DNA of 64,000 bases from Balanoglossus misakiensis (Eukaryota > Animalia > Hemichordata), in the NCBI GenBank assembly GCA_040954595.2, contig CM082580.2, positions 1,726,783 to 1,790,782 of the forward strand, in the 5' to 3' direction. A model generated the notes under the pieces. That model did not search any database and was not told the DNA's origin. It saw only the letters and a list, made by a program, of their open reading frames with translations. Shown in pieces: positions 25,328 through 38,538 of this stretch; the first letter of the stretch is position 1, and each line of letters begins with the position of its first letter. The translations under genes and the position numbers were made by a program.

Positions 25328-25576
25328 CTCATTATCTGCGGTCGTTTGAGCGTTCCCTTGACGACTCGGACCCGGAACTTGAATATCTGGTCGGCTCGTC
25401 GCCCTTTGCTGAGTTTGCTGAGTTGGCTGAGATTGGGAGCCGGCATTACTACTTTGGCTGGTAGAAGGCCTGTGTGCAGCTAGGAACGCTGCAACAGCTT
25501 GGGTTGCACTCGGCTGTGCCTCTTCTGTGCCCGGTGGTGGTGGTGGCGGGCTTACCCGTACAGGTGGTTGAGCCAT
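25328..25576 (-). CDS. Predicted leader exon of the retroelement (83 aa, Pro/Gln/Ser-rich)
   Basis: ATG at 25576, 147 bp inside the element end. Low-complexity MAQPPVRVSPPPPPPG...TTADNE ends at GAG|GTACAT (phase 0), after which the composition turns intron-like. Confidence 0.65.
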
Positions 25577-25723
25577 CTTCTCTGCTATATGCTGCCTCCG
25601 TGGTTAAGGAATGGTACTGAGCCCATGTGCGGATATTCGCTGACTTTTGTACGGGTTCTCATGAATATTCATAATAAATTAGCATATGCGGATATATATC
25701 GCGTAGTGATGCGGCTTTAAATA

Positions 25724-28700
25724 ACTGCCTCGTTTGTTTACAAAATTCTGTTGTGACGCGCAGAACACATAGATAGGCCTATGCGCATAAGAACGTTTTC
25801 CACTAGACTCTGTAGATCGACGGATAGTTGTAAAATTTCCATGGTTGCTTCCAAACACAGCCTCGTTTATATACCGAATTCTGTTGTGATGCGCAGAACA
25901 CATAGATAGGCCTATGCGCATATGAACGTTTTCTACTAGACTCTGTAGATCGAGAGATAGTTCTAAAATTTCCATGTTTGCTTCCAAACAGCCTCGTTTA
26001 TTTACGGAATTCTGTTTTGAGGCGCAGAACACATAGATAGGCATATGTGCATAAGAAAGTTTTCCACTATAGACTCTGTAGATCGACGGATAGTTCTAAA
26101 ATTTCCATGGTTGCTTCCAAACACAGCCTCGTTTGTTTACAAAATTCTGTTGTGATGCGCAGAACACATATATAGGCCTATGCGCATAAGAACGTTTTCC
26201 ACTAGACTCTGTAGATCGACGGGTAGTTGTAAAATTTCCATGGTTGCTTCCAAACAGCCTCGTTTATTTACCGATTTCTGTTGTGAGGCGCAGAACACAT
26301 GATAGGCCTATGCGCATAAGACATTTTTCCACTAGACTCTGTAGATCGACGGATAGTTCTAAAATTTCCATGGTTGCTTCCAAACAGCCTCATTTATTTA
26401 CCGAATTCTGTTGTGAGGCACAGAACACGTAATAGGCCTATGCGCATAAGAAAGTTTTCCACCAGACTCTGTAGATCGACGGATAGTTGTAAAATTTCCA
26501 TGGTTGCTTCCAAATACAGCCTCGTTTATTTACCGATTTCTGTTGTGATGCGCATAACACATAAATAGGCCTATGCGCATAAGAACGTTTTCCACTAGAC
26601 TCTGTAGATCGACGGATAGTTCTAAAATTTCCATGGTTGCTTCCAAACAGCCTCGTTTATTTACCGAATTCTGTTGTGAGGCGCAAAACACGTAATAGGC
26701 CTATGCGCATAAGAAACTTTTCAACTTTAGATCGACGGATAGTTCTAAAATTTCCATGGTTGCTTCAAAACAGTCTCGTGTATTTACAGAATTCTGTTGG
26801 GAGGCACAGAACACATAGATAGTCCTAAGTGCATAATAAAGTTTTACACTAGACTCTGTAGATCGAGAGATAGTTCTAAAATTTCCATGGTTGCTTCCAA
26901 ACACAGCCTCGTTTGTTTACAAAATTCTGTTGTGATGCGCAGAACACATATATAGGCCTGTGCGCATAAGAACGTTTTCCACGAGACTCTGTAGATCGAC
27001 GGGCAGTTGTAAAATTTCCATGGTTGCTTCCAAACAGCCTCGTTTATTTACCGATTTCTGTTGTGAGGCGCAGAACACATGATAGGCCTATGCGCATAAG
27101 AAAGTTTTCCACCAGACTCTGTAGATCGACGGATAGTTCTAAAATTTCCATGGTTGCTTCCAAACAGCCTCGTTTATTTACCGAATTCTGTTGTGAGGCG
27201 CAAAACACGTAATAGGCCTATGCGCATAAGAAACTTTTCAACTTTAGATCGACGGATAGTTCTAAAATTTCCATGGTTGCTTCAAAACAGTCTCGTGTAT
27301 TTACAGAATTCTGTTGGGAGGCACAGAACACATAGATAGTCCTAAGTGCATAATAAAGTTTTACACTAGACTCTGTAGATCGAGAGATAGTTCTAAAATT
27401 TCCATGGTTGCTTCCAAACACAGCCTCGTTTGTTTACAAAATTCTGTTGTGATGCGCAGAACACATATATAGGCCTATGCGCATAAGAACGTTTTCCACT
27501 AGACTCTGTAGATCGACGGGCAGTTGTAAAATGTCCATGGTTGCTTCCAAACAGCCTCGTTTATTTACCGATTTCTGTTGTGAGGCGCAGAACACATGAT
27601 AGGCCTATACGCATAAGAAATTTTTCAACTAGACTCTGTAGATCGACGGATAGTTGTAAAATTTCCATGGTTGCTTCCAAACAGCCTCGTTTATTTACCG
27701 AATTATGTTGTGAGGCGCAGAACACGTAATAGGCCTATGCGCATAAGAACGTTTTCCACTAGACTCTGTAGATCGACGGATAGTTCTAAAATTTCCATGG
27801 TTGCTTCCAAACAGCCTCGTTTATTTACCGAATTCTGTTGTGAGGCGCAAAACACGTAATAGGCCTATGCGCATAAGAAACTTTTCAACTTTAGATCGAC
27901 GGATAGTTCTAAAATTTCCATGGTTGCTCCAAAACAGTCTCGTGTATTTACGGAATTCTGTTGGGAGGCACAGAACACATAGATAGTCCTAAGTGCATAA
28001 TAAAGTTTTACACTAGACTCTGTAGATCGAGAGATAGTTCTAAAATTTCCATGGTTGCTTCCAAACACAGCCTCGTTTGTTTACAAAATTCTGTTGTGAT
28101 GCGCAGAACACATATATAGGCCTATGCGCATAAGAACGTTTTCCACTAGACTCTGTAGATCGACGGGCAGTTGTAAAATGTCCATGGTTGCTTCCAAACA
28201 GCCTCGTTTATTTACCGATTTCTGTTGTGAGGCGCAGAACACATGATAGGCCTATACGCATAAGAAATTTTTCAACTAGACTCTGTAGATCGACGGATAG
28301 TTGTAAAATTTCCATGGTTGCTTCCAAACAGCCTCGTTTATTTACCGAATTATGTTGTGAGGCGCAGAACACGTAATAGGCCTATGCGCATAAGAACGTT
28401 TTCCACTAGACTCTGTAGATCGACGGATAGTTCTAAAATTTCCATGGTTGCTTCCAAACAGCCTCGTTTATTTACCGAATTCTGTTGTGAGGCGCAAAAC
28501 ACGTAATAGGCCTATGCGCATAAGAAACTTTTCAACTTTAGATCGACGGATAGTTCTAAAATTTCCATGGTTGCTCCAAAACAGTCTCGTGTATTTACGG
28601 AATTCTGTTGGGAGGCACAGAACACATAGATAGTCCTAAGTGCTTAATAAAGTTTTACACTAGACTCTGTAGATCGAGAGATAGTTCTAAAATTTCCATG

Positions 28701-31700
28701 GTTCTTTCCAAACACAGCCTCGTTTGTTTACAAAATTCTGTTATGATGCGCTGAACACATACATATGCCTATGCGCATATGAAAGTTTCCCACTAGACTC
28801 TGTAGATCGAGAGATAGTTCTAAAATTTCCATGTTTGCTTCCAAACAGCCTCGTTTATTTACGGAATTCTGTTTTGAGGCGCAGAACACATAGATAGGCA
28901 TATGTGCATAAGAAAGTTTTCCACTATAGACTCTGTAGATCGAGAGATAGTTCTAAAATTTCCATGGTTCTTTCCAAACACAGCCTCGTTCATCTACAAA
29001 ATTCAGTTGTGATGCGCTGAACACATACATATGCCTATGCGCATAAGAAAGTTTCCCACTAGACTCTGTAGATCGACGGATAGTTCTAAAATTTCCATGA
29101 TTGCTTCCAAACACATCCCCGATTGTTTACAAAATTCTGTTGTGATGCGCAGAACACATAGATAGGCCTATGCGCATAAGAACGTTTTCCACTAGACTCT
29201 GTAGATCGAGAGATAGTTCTAAAATTTCCATGGTTGCTTCCAAACACATCCTCGTTTGTTTACAAAATTCTGTTGTGATGCGCAGAACACATAGATAGGC
29301 CTATGCGCATTGGAAAGTTTTCCACTAGACTCCGTAGATCGACGGATAGTTCTAAAATTTCCATGGTTGCTTCCAAACAGCCTCGTTTATTTACCGAATT
29401 CTGTTGTTAGGCGCAGAACACATAATAGGCCTATGCGCATAAGAAAGTTTTCCACCAGACTCTGTAGATCGACGGATAGTTGCAAAATTCCCATGGTTGT
29501 TTCCAAACAGCCTCGTTTATTTACCGAATTCTGTTGTGATGCGTAGAACACATACATATGCCTTTTGCGCATAAGAATTTTTCCACTAGACTTCGTAGAT
29601 GGACGGATAGTTCTAAAATTTCCATGGTTGCTTCCAAACAAAGCCTCGTTTGTTTACAAAATTCTATTGTGATGCGCAGAACACATAGAGAGGCCTATGC
29701 GCATAAGAACGTTTTCCACTAGACTATGTATATCGACGGATAGTTCTAAAATTTCCATGTTTGCTTCCAAACACATCCTCGTTAGTTTACAAAATTCTGT
29801 TGTGATGCGCAGAACACATAGATAGGCCTATGCGCATTGGAAAATTTTCCACTAGACTCCGTAGATCGACGGATAGTTCTAAAATTTCCATGGTTGCTTC
29901 CAAACACATCCTCGTTTGTTTACAAAATTCTGCTGTGATGCGCAGAACACATAGATAGGCCTATGCGCATATGAACGTTTTCCACTATACTCTGTAGATC
30001 GACGGATAGTTGTAAAATTTCCATGGTTGCTTCCAAACAGCCTCGTTTATTTACGGAATTCTGTTTTGAGGCGCAGAACACATAGATAGGCATCTGTGCA
30101 TAAGAAAGTTTTCCACTATAGACTCTGTAGATCGAGAGATAGTTCTAAAATTTCCATGGTTGCTTCCAAACACAGCCTCGTTTGTTTACAGAATTCTGTT
30201 GTGATGCGCAGAACACATATATAGGCCTATGCGCATAAGAACGTTTTCCACTAGACTCTGTAGATCGACGGATAGTTGTAAAATTTCCATGGTTGCTTCC
30301 AAACAGCCTCGTTTATTTACAGATTTCTGTTGTGAGGCGCAGAACACATGATAGGCCTATGCGCATAAGACATGTTTCCACTAGACTCTGTAGATCGACG
30401 GATAGTTCTAAAATTTCCATGGTTGCTTCCAAACAGCCTCGTTTATTTACCGAATTCTGTTGTTAGGCGCAGAACACGTAATAGGCCTATGCGCATAAGA
30501 AAGTTTACCACCAGACTCTGTAGATCGACGGATAGTTCTAAAATTTCCATGGTTGTTTCCAAACAGCCTCGTTTATTTACCGAATTCTGTTGTGATGCGT
30601 AGAACACATACATATGCCTATGCGCATAAGAATTTTTTCCACTAGACTCCGTAGATCGACGGATAGTTCTAAAATTTCCATGGTTGCTTCCAAACAAAGC
30701 GTCGTTTGTTTACAAAATTCTGTTGTGATGCGCAGAACACATAGAGAGGCCTATGCGCATAAGAACGTTTTCCACTAGACTATGTATATCGACGGATAGT
30801 TCTAAAATTTCCATGTTTGCTTCCAAACACATCCTCGTTTGTTTACAAAATTCTGTTGTGATGCGCAGAACACATAGATAGGCCTATGCGCATTGGAAAA
30901 TTTTCCACTAGACTCCGTAGATCGACGGATAGTTCTAAAATTTCCATGGTTGCTTCCAAACACATCCTCGTTTGTTTACAAAATTCTGCTGTGATGCGCA
31001 GAACACATAGATAGGCCTATGCGCATATGAACGTTTTCCACTATACTCTGTAGATCGACGGATAGTTGTAAAATTTCCATGGTTGCTTCCAAACAGCCTC
31101 GTTTATTTACGGAATTCTGTTTTGAGGCGCAGAACACATAGATAGGCATCTGTGCATAAGAAAGTTTTCCACTATAGACTCTGTAGATCGAGAGATAGTT
31201 CTAAAATTTCCATGGTTGCTTCCAAACACAGCCTCGTTTGTTTACAGAATTCTGTTGTGATGCGCAGAACACATATATAGGCCTAAACGCATAAGAACGT
31301 TTTCCACTAGACTCTGTAGATCGACGGATAGTTGTAAAATTTCCATGGTTGCTTCCAAACAGCCTCGTTTATTTACAGATTTCTGTTGTGAGGCGCAGAA
31401 CACATGATAGGCCTATGCGCATAAGACATTTTTCCACTAGACTCTGTAGATCGACGGATAGTTCTAAAATTTCCATGGTTGCTTCCAAACAGCCTCGTTT
31501 ATTTACCGAATTCTGTTGTTAGGCGCAGAACACGTAATAGGCCTATGCGCATAAGAAAGTTTTCCACCAGTCTCTGTAGATCGACGGATAGTTCTAAAAT
31601 TTCCATGGTTGTTTCCAAACAGCCTCGTTTATTTACCGAATTCTGTTGTGATGCGTAGAACACATACATATGCCTATGCGCATAAGAATTTTTTCCACTA

Positions 31701-33720
31701 GACTCCGTAGATCGACGGATAGTTCTAAAATTTCCATGGTTGCTTCCAAACAAAGCGTCGTTTGTTTACAAAATTCTGTTGTGATGCGCAGAACACATAG
31801 AGAGGCCTATGCGCATAAGAACGTTTTCCACTAGACTCTGTATATCGACGGATAGTTGTAAAATTTCCATGTTTGCTTCCAAACAGCCTCGTTTATTTAC
31901 GGAATTCTGTTTTGAGGCGCAGAACACATAGATAGGCATCTGTGCATAAGCAAGTTTTCCACTAGACTCTATAGATCGAGAGATAGTTCTAAAATTTCCA
32001 TGGTTGCTTCCAAACACAGCCTCGTTTGTTTACAAAATTCTGTTGTGATGCGCAGAACACATATATAGGCCTATGCGCATAACAACGTTTTCCACTAGAC
32101 TCTGTAGATCGACGTATAGTTGTAAAATTTCCATGGTTGCTTCCAAACAGCCTCGTTTATTTACCGATTTCTGTTGTGAGGCGCAGAACACATGATAGGC
32201 CTATGCGCATAAGACATTTTTCCACTAGACTCTGTAGATCGACGGATAGTTCTAAAATTTCCATGGTTGCTTCCAAACAGCCTCGTTTATTTACCGAATT
32301 CTGTTGTTAGGCGCAGAACACGTAATAGGCCTATGCGCATAAGAAAGTTTTCCACCAGACTCTGTAGATCGACGGATAGTTCTAAAATTTCCATGGTTGC
32401 TTCCAAACAGCCTCGTTTATTTACCGAATTCTGTTGTGAGGCGCAGAACACGTAATAGGCCTATGCGCATAAGAAAGTTTTCCACCAGACTCTGTAGATC
32501 GACGGATAGTTCTAAAATTTCCATGGTTGTTTCCAAACAGCCTCGTTTATTTACCGAATTCTGTTGTGATGCGTAGAACACATACATATGCCTATGCGCA
32601 TAAGAATTTTTTCCACTAGACTCCGTAGATCGACGGATAGTTCTAAAATTTCCATGGTTGCTTCCAAACAAAGCCTCGTTTGTTTACAAAATTCTGTTGT
32701 GATGCGCAGAACACATAGAGAGGCCTATGCGCATAAGAACGTTTTCCACTAGACTCTGTATATCGACGGATAGTTGTAAAATTTCCATGGTTGCTTCCAA
32801 ACACATCCTCGTTTGTTTACAAAATTCTGTTGTGATGCGCAGAACACATAGATAGGCCTATGCGCATTGGAAAGTTTTCCACTAGACTCCGTAGATCGAC
32901 GGATAGTTCTAAAATTTCCATGGTTGCTTCCAAACACATCCTCGTTTGTTTACAAAATTCTGTTGTGATGCGCAGAACACATAGATAGGCCTATGTGCAT
33001 AAGAAAGTTTTCCACAAGACTCTGTAGATCGCGAGATAGTTCTAAAATTTCCATGATTGCTTCCAGACACAGCCTCGTTTGTTTACAAAATTACGTTGTG
33101 AAGCGCAGAACACATAGATAGGCCTATGCGCATAAGAACGTTTTCCACTAGACTCTGTAGATCGACGGATAGTTCTAAAATTTCCATGGTTGCTTCGAAA
33201 CAAAGCCTTGTTTGTTTACAAAATTCTGTTGTGAAGCGCAGAACACATAGATAGGCCTATGCGCATAAGAACGTTTTCCACTTGACTTTGTAGATCGACG
33301 GATAGTTCTAAAATTTCCATGGTTGCTTCGAAACAAAGCCTTGTTTGTTTACAAAATTATGTTGTGATGTACAGAACACATGATAGGCCAATGCGCATAA
33401 GAAACTTTTCCACTGTAGATGGACGGATACTTCTAAAATGTCCATGGTTGCTTCCAAACAGCCTCGTTTATTTACCGAATTCTGTTGTGATGCGTAGAAC
33501 ACATAGATAAGCCTATGCGCATAAGAAAGTTTTCCACTAGACTCTTTAGATCGACAGATAGTTCTAAAATTCCCATGGTTGCTTCCAAACACTACCTCGT
33601 TTGTTTACCGAATTCTGTTGTGATGCGCAGAACACATAGATAGGCCTATGTGCATAAGAAAGTTTTCCACTAGCCTCTGTAGATCGACGGATAGTTCTAA
33701 AATTTCCGTGGTTGCTTCCA
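25724..33720. repeat. ~131-bp satellite, block 3
   Basis: The monomer resumes in register after the retroelement and ends at gttgcttcca. Confidence 0.97.
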
Positions 33721-33969
33721 GTCTAATTAATTCAGATAAAAAGAATTGACACATTATGATGTAAATGTTTATAAAAGTAGTAATAATGGAAGAGATAACC
33801 ATAATTCAAAATTAATTAAATTCTAGTGTAATGTTAAAGTTTAGTTTTAAATTTTTCATGAAAAAAATAAGCATATCAAGTGACATGTTTAATAGTGAAA
33901 AAAGTACAGTATTATTTAAACCACAAATAAGAAAAATCTCCTTATTATGACTTGTCAGATTATTAGGTG

Positions 33970-34826
33970 ACAGACAGGAGTTGGCAGATGCTGGAGGCCG
34001 GGAGAAAATCATCCTATCTTATCTGCTCCAGATCGCTTTGAATATTATCCTCATCCTGATGTACACATATCAGATCAATCTTGTATGTTACTAATTGAAC
34101 AATTTGTTCTTCGGTATAACAGAACCAGTTGAATACTCAAAGTCATGCAAAGGGTAAGACAATATCTCTTCTCCAGAAAGTCAAGGGTTCTTGAGAATAT
34201 TCCTTCTACACAGGCAGCTCTAAAAGAACATGTGCTATGAGAAACCTAGCAAAGCTATATCAAACCAACAGAATCCCATTGGAAATCAAGTTGGAAAACT
34301 CTTAGTCAAGCCCAAGAAAAGAGTCAACCTCAGGAAATCAGTTGTAAAAAGTAATGCACATGTTCCTGTAGGTGCTTTAGGTCTAGTCTGACAGCAGTGG
34401 TCATTGTTACTGTGAAGGAGAATGTCATCAAGATTGATCTGATACATGTACATGAGGATTAGGATAATATACAGAGGAATGTATGGAAGCAAGTATGTTT
34501 TACAACCCATATTCCTGTTTCTGAGTGTTACAATTCACCAAAAAGTGCCAATAATGGGACAAAAGTGTGAATGCCAGTTTCTGGCCGCTATTTTGGGATC
34601 CATATTGGAAAATGTCCGCCATGGGTCAATGAATAATTGTACCAAATTTCATGCTTTTAACCCAAAGTGCGCGATTTTAAAGTTTGAATATCTGTTTCTG
34701 GTCACTAGAGGGCTGTGTCATTTTAGATCCATATCAGAAAATGGCCGCCATGGGTCAATGCATAACTGTACCAAGTTTCATGCTTTTAACCCAAATTGCA
34801 CGATGTTTGGGTTAACTGCCCCACTA
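33970..34826 (+). mobile_element. Decayed 3' end of an Academ-like DNA transposon
   Basis: Stop-riddled LENIPSTQAALKEHVL*ET*Q (~34190-34255) and SCKK*CTCSCRCFRSSLT (~34340-34392) match the PPTxxALxxHxxRAxYQ and Cys-rich C-terminus of such transposases. ~126-bp subterminal duplication; the end ...aactgccccacta reads TAG on the other strand. Confidence 0.6.
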
Positions 34827-35696
34827 CAAGGAGAAGTGCAGACTGAAATGCAGTGATTGTCAATGTTGTAAATGTATGTGTTGTTGTTTCTGTAAAATGT
34901 CATGTTTTTGTAGAATTGATGTTTAACAACTTAGCTACTTTGCATGTCAAGCAAGGAGTACACTTAGTCATGTGTAGTATGGTAGTTTAAGCTTAGCTTT
35001 ATTGAGATGTCATGTATGGAGAACATTCACTGGGTTTGAATATTTGCTTGTAGTTTTTAGTCATCCAAGAACTTAGTCTGAGGTTGCCAACCTGTCTATC
35101 AGATGTGAAGTTAATACCTTAAATAATTACAATGACATTGTTCATTTCCCCTGTATCTGTAAAAAATACATGTAATTCATTCAAAAGCTGACTACAAATC
35201 ACATAGCACAATGCTCATTCAAGACAAGATATAATTTTTAAGTTTTAAGTTATAAGGTTTATTTAGTAGAGCATGTTTTGTACATTACATTATATTTCCA
35301 GTTTTATTGGAAAAACTGCATGAAAATACGTGTTCGACGAGTTGCAATGACAGTATTACAGTACATCCATATCATTCCTAATTTTATGTAAGAAAACACT
35401 GTTGTTGGTATAAGTCGGAAACTGACATGAAACTGAATACATATAACTCTTCTTTACACAAGTAATTTCTCACAATATTTTAATGTGACTATACTATTGC
35501 TATTTGTATTTGATGTACCTGTTCCCAATTGTGAAAAAATAACACTTAGTATACAGTAAATATGAACAAGTTGTTTGGTTTATAGAGGTGATAAGTTTTA
35601 ATGTAGAGGTTTAATTCTTTACATTGTGTCTAAAGGCAAAGGATTCTGGAAACTGTTTTGTATAGACAGTGTTCTAAGGTTTTGACAGGGTTTGAT

Positions 35697-37252
35697 TAGT
35701 CCTGTTTCATAAGTCAGGTCCATGACATATGTACCGACATCTGTGATTGGTCCATCTGGTAATCTTAGGTCCACTTGCGGCACGCTGATTGGAGGGACCT
35801 TATGTGTTAGGTCTTATTACTATGTATTATTCACTAGACCTTGTAGGTTAGGTCTTATTACTATGTATTATTCGCTTTACAGCTCCATGATTGGTTAATG
35901 TGTAGGTCTGGTCCTCCAGTGTTCACTGCCTCATTATGCAGGACCTTGTAGGTTAGGTCTTATTAATATGTATTTATTCAATTTTCAGCTCCCTGATTGG
36001 TTGATGTGTAGGTCTCCAGATTTCACTGCCTCGTTATGCAAAGTCTTTTGTACTTTCTGAATACAGTTGTCGTATTCTGTCTGGCATGCTGCCTGCGCGT
36101 GGTCGAAGCTCGATCCCAATGTATAAAGAAAGGCACTCATATAATGATTGGATTTCACCTTTTCCTTCACTATTCATGGCATTTTATGTGATACTGTGAA
36201 CTAGATACTCGAAATAAAAATTGCCAGGAGAAATTTAGTATTTTATTTCCAGGGGCGGTTTGTTGAAATGGGCTAGTGTTTTGTTACGTAATGTCTTTCA
36301 GCGCATCACTTCGTGTAACACCTGGCTGAATACGAAGTGTGTGCTATTCATTCGAGCAAACCAAAAATATCTTACAATAGAAATGTTTAGAATAGCATTG
36401 CATTTCCTTGGGATACCTCATTAGTTGCTTTACAGGTATGATAACTTTTATTGTACTTCTTTCACGAAGCTGCACCGTCATAGTTCCATTTTTATGAAAA
36501 CAATATAGGAATGTATAAACGGACAACGTGGTCCTTATCACAACATCTTCGTCAAAACAAATTTACTTTAAAATAGTAATAACAACAATAATAAAATTGA
36601 TGATGAGAAGTAGGAGGGTGATTAAAAAAATATACAACTGTTAGCAAAAATGCTTAATCTTTCCAGGGTGTGGTTTATGTTGGAGATAGTATCAGTCAGG
36701 CTATTTCTCAGAAAATCAATGAACGATCTGCGGACAAACCGAATAATGTGTTACCACAACGCTAGCCAGGAAGCACATGGGACATTTCACAATGAGGCAG
36801 TGAACACTGGGGGGACCAGACTGACACGTTAACCAATCAGGGAGCTGTATGGTGAATAAATACATATTAATAAGACCTAACCTACAAGGTCCTGCATAAT
36901 GAGGCAGTGAACACTGGAGGACCAGACCTACACAATAACCAATCAGGGAGCTGTAAAGTGAATAATACATAGTAATAAGACCTAACCTACAAGGTCCTGT
37001 ATAATGAGGCAGTGAACACATGGGGGACCAGACTGACACGTTAACCAATCAGGGAGCGGTTAAGTGAATAATGCATAGTAATAAGACCTAACCTACAAGG
37101 TCTAGTGAATAATACATAGTAATAAGACCTAACCTACAAGGTCCCTCCAATCAGCGTGCCGAAAGTGGACCTTAGAGAAGCGGATAAACCAATCAGAACA
37201 TGCAATACATGTGTATAGGACGTGTAATGTAGGTCATTTTGAAACAGGACTA
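35697..37252. mobile_element. MITE-like foldback element with TAGTCCTGTTTCA termini and long, internally repeated inverted arms
   Basis: tagtcctgtttca at 35697 and tgaaacaggacta ending 37252; arms ~35765-36040 versus ~36790-37172 built from ~110-bp units. No TSD seen. Confidence 0.75.
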
Positions 37253-38538
37253 TTTAGACACAGGTTCTTCTGTTCATGACAGGCCCATAAACCTATATTC
37301 AGTACTAAATTACAGCCTGCCAATGGCATATATGATTCTAGAACATTTTTCTGTATCCTTACTGATCTTTACTGTAGCAACAGTAATCTTTTTTCAGTAT
37401 CCAGTTGTTTAGAGTACTTAACAAACCTTGCTTTTAGGTTTTCAGGCTTTTTCACAGATATTTCATGTGTAAACTTTGGGAATGCCTTGTGCTCCCTGTT
37501 AGGCTTTATTGTAAATAAATCCTTTAATTTATACATATTAACACACTTCCTCACATCTTTAATTGTGTTGCCAGCGGTGGTATGTGGTGTGTATTGGTAC
37601 TTGTCTGCTACTTGATCAAAATACAATTTCTCCAATGACTTTCCAAGCGAACCAACAAGTCTTGAGAATCTTGCCATTTGTGTATCATTGTATTGACCAC
37701 GACAGCGCTTCAGATTTTCTGAGACAAAAAATTGAACCAAAATTTACTAAATAAATACTCTAGGTATCATAATTGGCATATTGTAATAAATATGTTACAA
37801 AATTCTCACACATTTTTGAGAAAGCAAATAAATCAAATTTCACCAAAGTCATTAATTACAGGAAAAACAAAAGAGCTTGACATGTCCAAAAACAAGAACT
37901 TTTGTCCTACTTTCTTGTCCTATTTGGAGGTTAACCAAATATAGTTTTTCTTTACCGTAAACTTTATACATGTATTTATACTATGTACTGAGGGGAATAC
38001 GATAATGTTTATTGAGCTCAAAATCCCTGATGAAGCTTAGACTGTGGGTTGAAATCAAAATTTCAATTTCATTGAGAAAATTTACACCAAAATATCCACT
38101 GCAGCCCCTACAGACCAGTGTAAAATTTGCTGGTTCCATCAGACATGTAAATGACATGAAAGACTATTTGTAATACCTACGTTTGAATGTGTTATTCAAG
38201 AATTCATTGGCCAGATCCAAAGCCACATTATTGCAAATGCCTCCACGGATATTTACTGTTCGGTTCCACTTGATTTCTTCTGAGAGTCTCTTTGGCAACC
38301 ACCCATTTACTCCTGGGAAAGGAAATGTTTTAATTTATTTACCTAATCGGTTTTATCTTACTTGTCAAACCTGTACATGTTATGTCTCAATTCTAAGTAA
38401 ATATGACATGTTGTCAATAAACTCTCTTTTCCATGTTTGTATTAATTCTTCCTATAATTATTATCAATGGATTGAAGTCTGTCTATTATAAACATCCCCA
38501 GGAAGCAAATAAAAATCTGTAAGAAAGAGGTGCCTCAA

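Larger units (their letters stand above)
17478..25723 (-). mobile_element. Tyrosine-recombinase (DIRS-type, ALOG-class) retrotransposon, full length, ~8.25 kb
   Basis: gag (CCHC), RT-RNaseH-MTase and YR ORFs lie in DIRS order on the minus strand. The satellite monomer is split in register (ttccaaac | actgcctcgtttg) with no TSD. 23-bp imperfect terminal inverted repeats at 17484-17506 and 25701-25723. Confidence 0.93.

Noticed and set aside
17478-25723. LTR retrotransposon or prophage interpretation of the RT element
   Set aside because: No LTRs, TSD, protease or DDE integrase, and no phage structural genes; the RT-RNaseH-MTase plus YR layout is DIRS-type.
6779-33720. Dozens of 60-105-aa ORFs (MLPNSLVYLP..., MFGSNHG...)
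   Set aside because: They are translations of the satellite monomer, whose length varies out of frame; many use non-ATG starts and none shows a domain signal.
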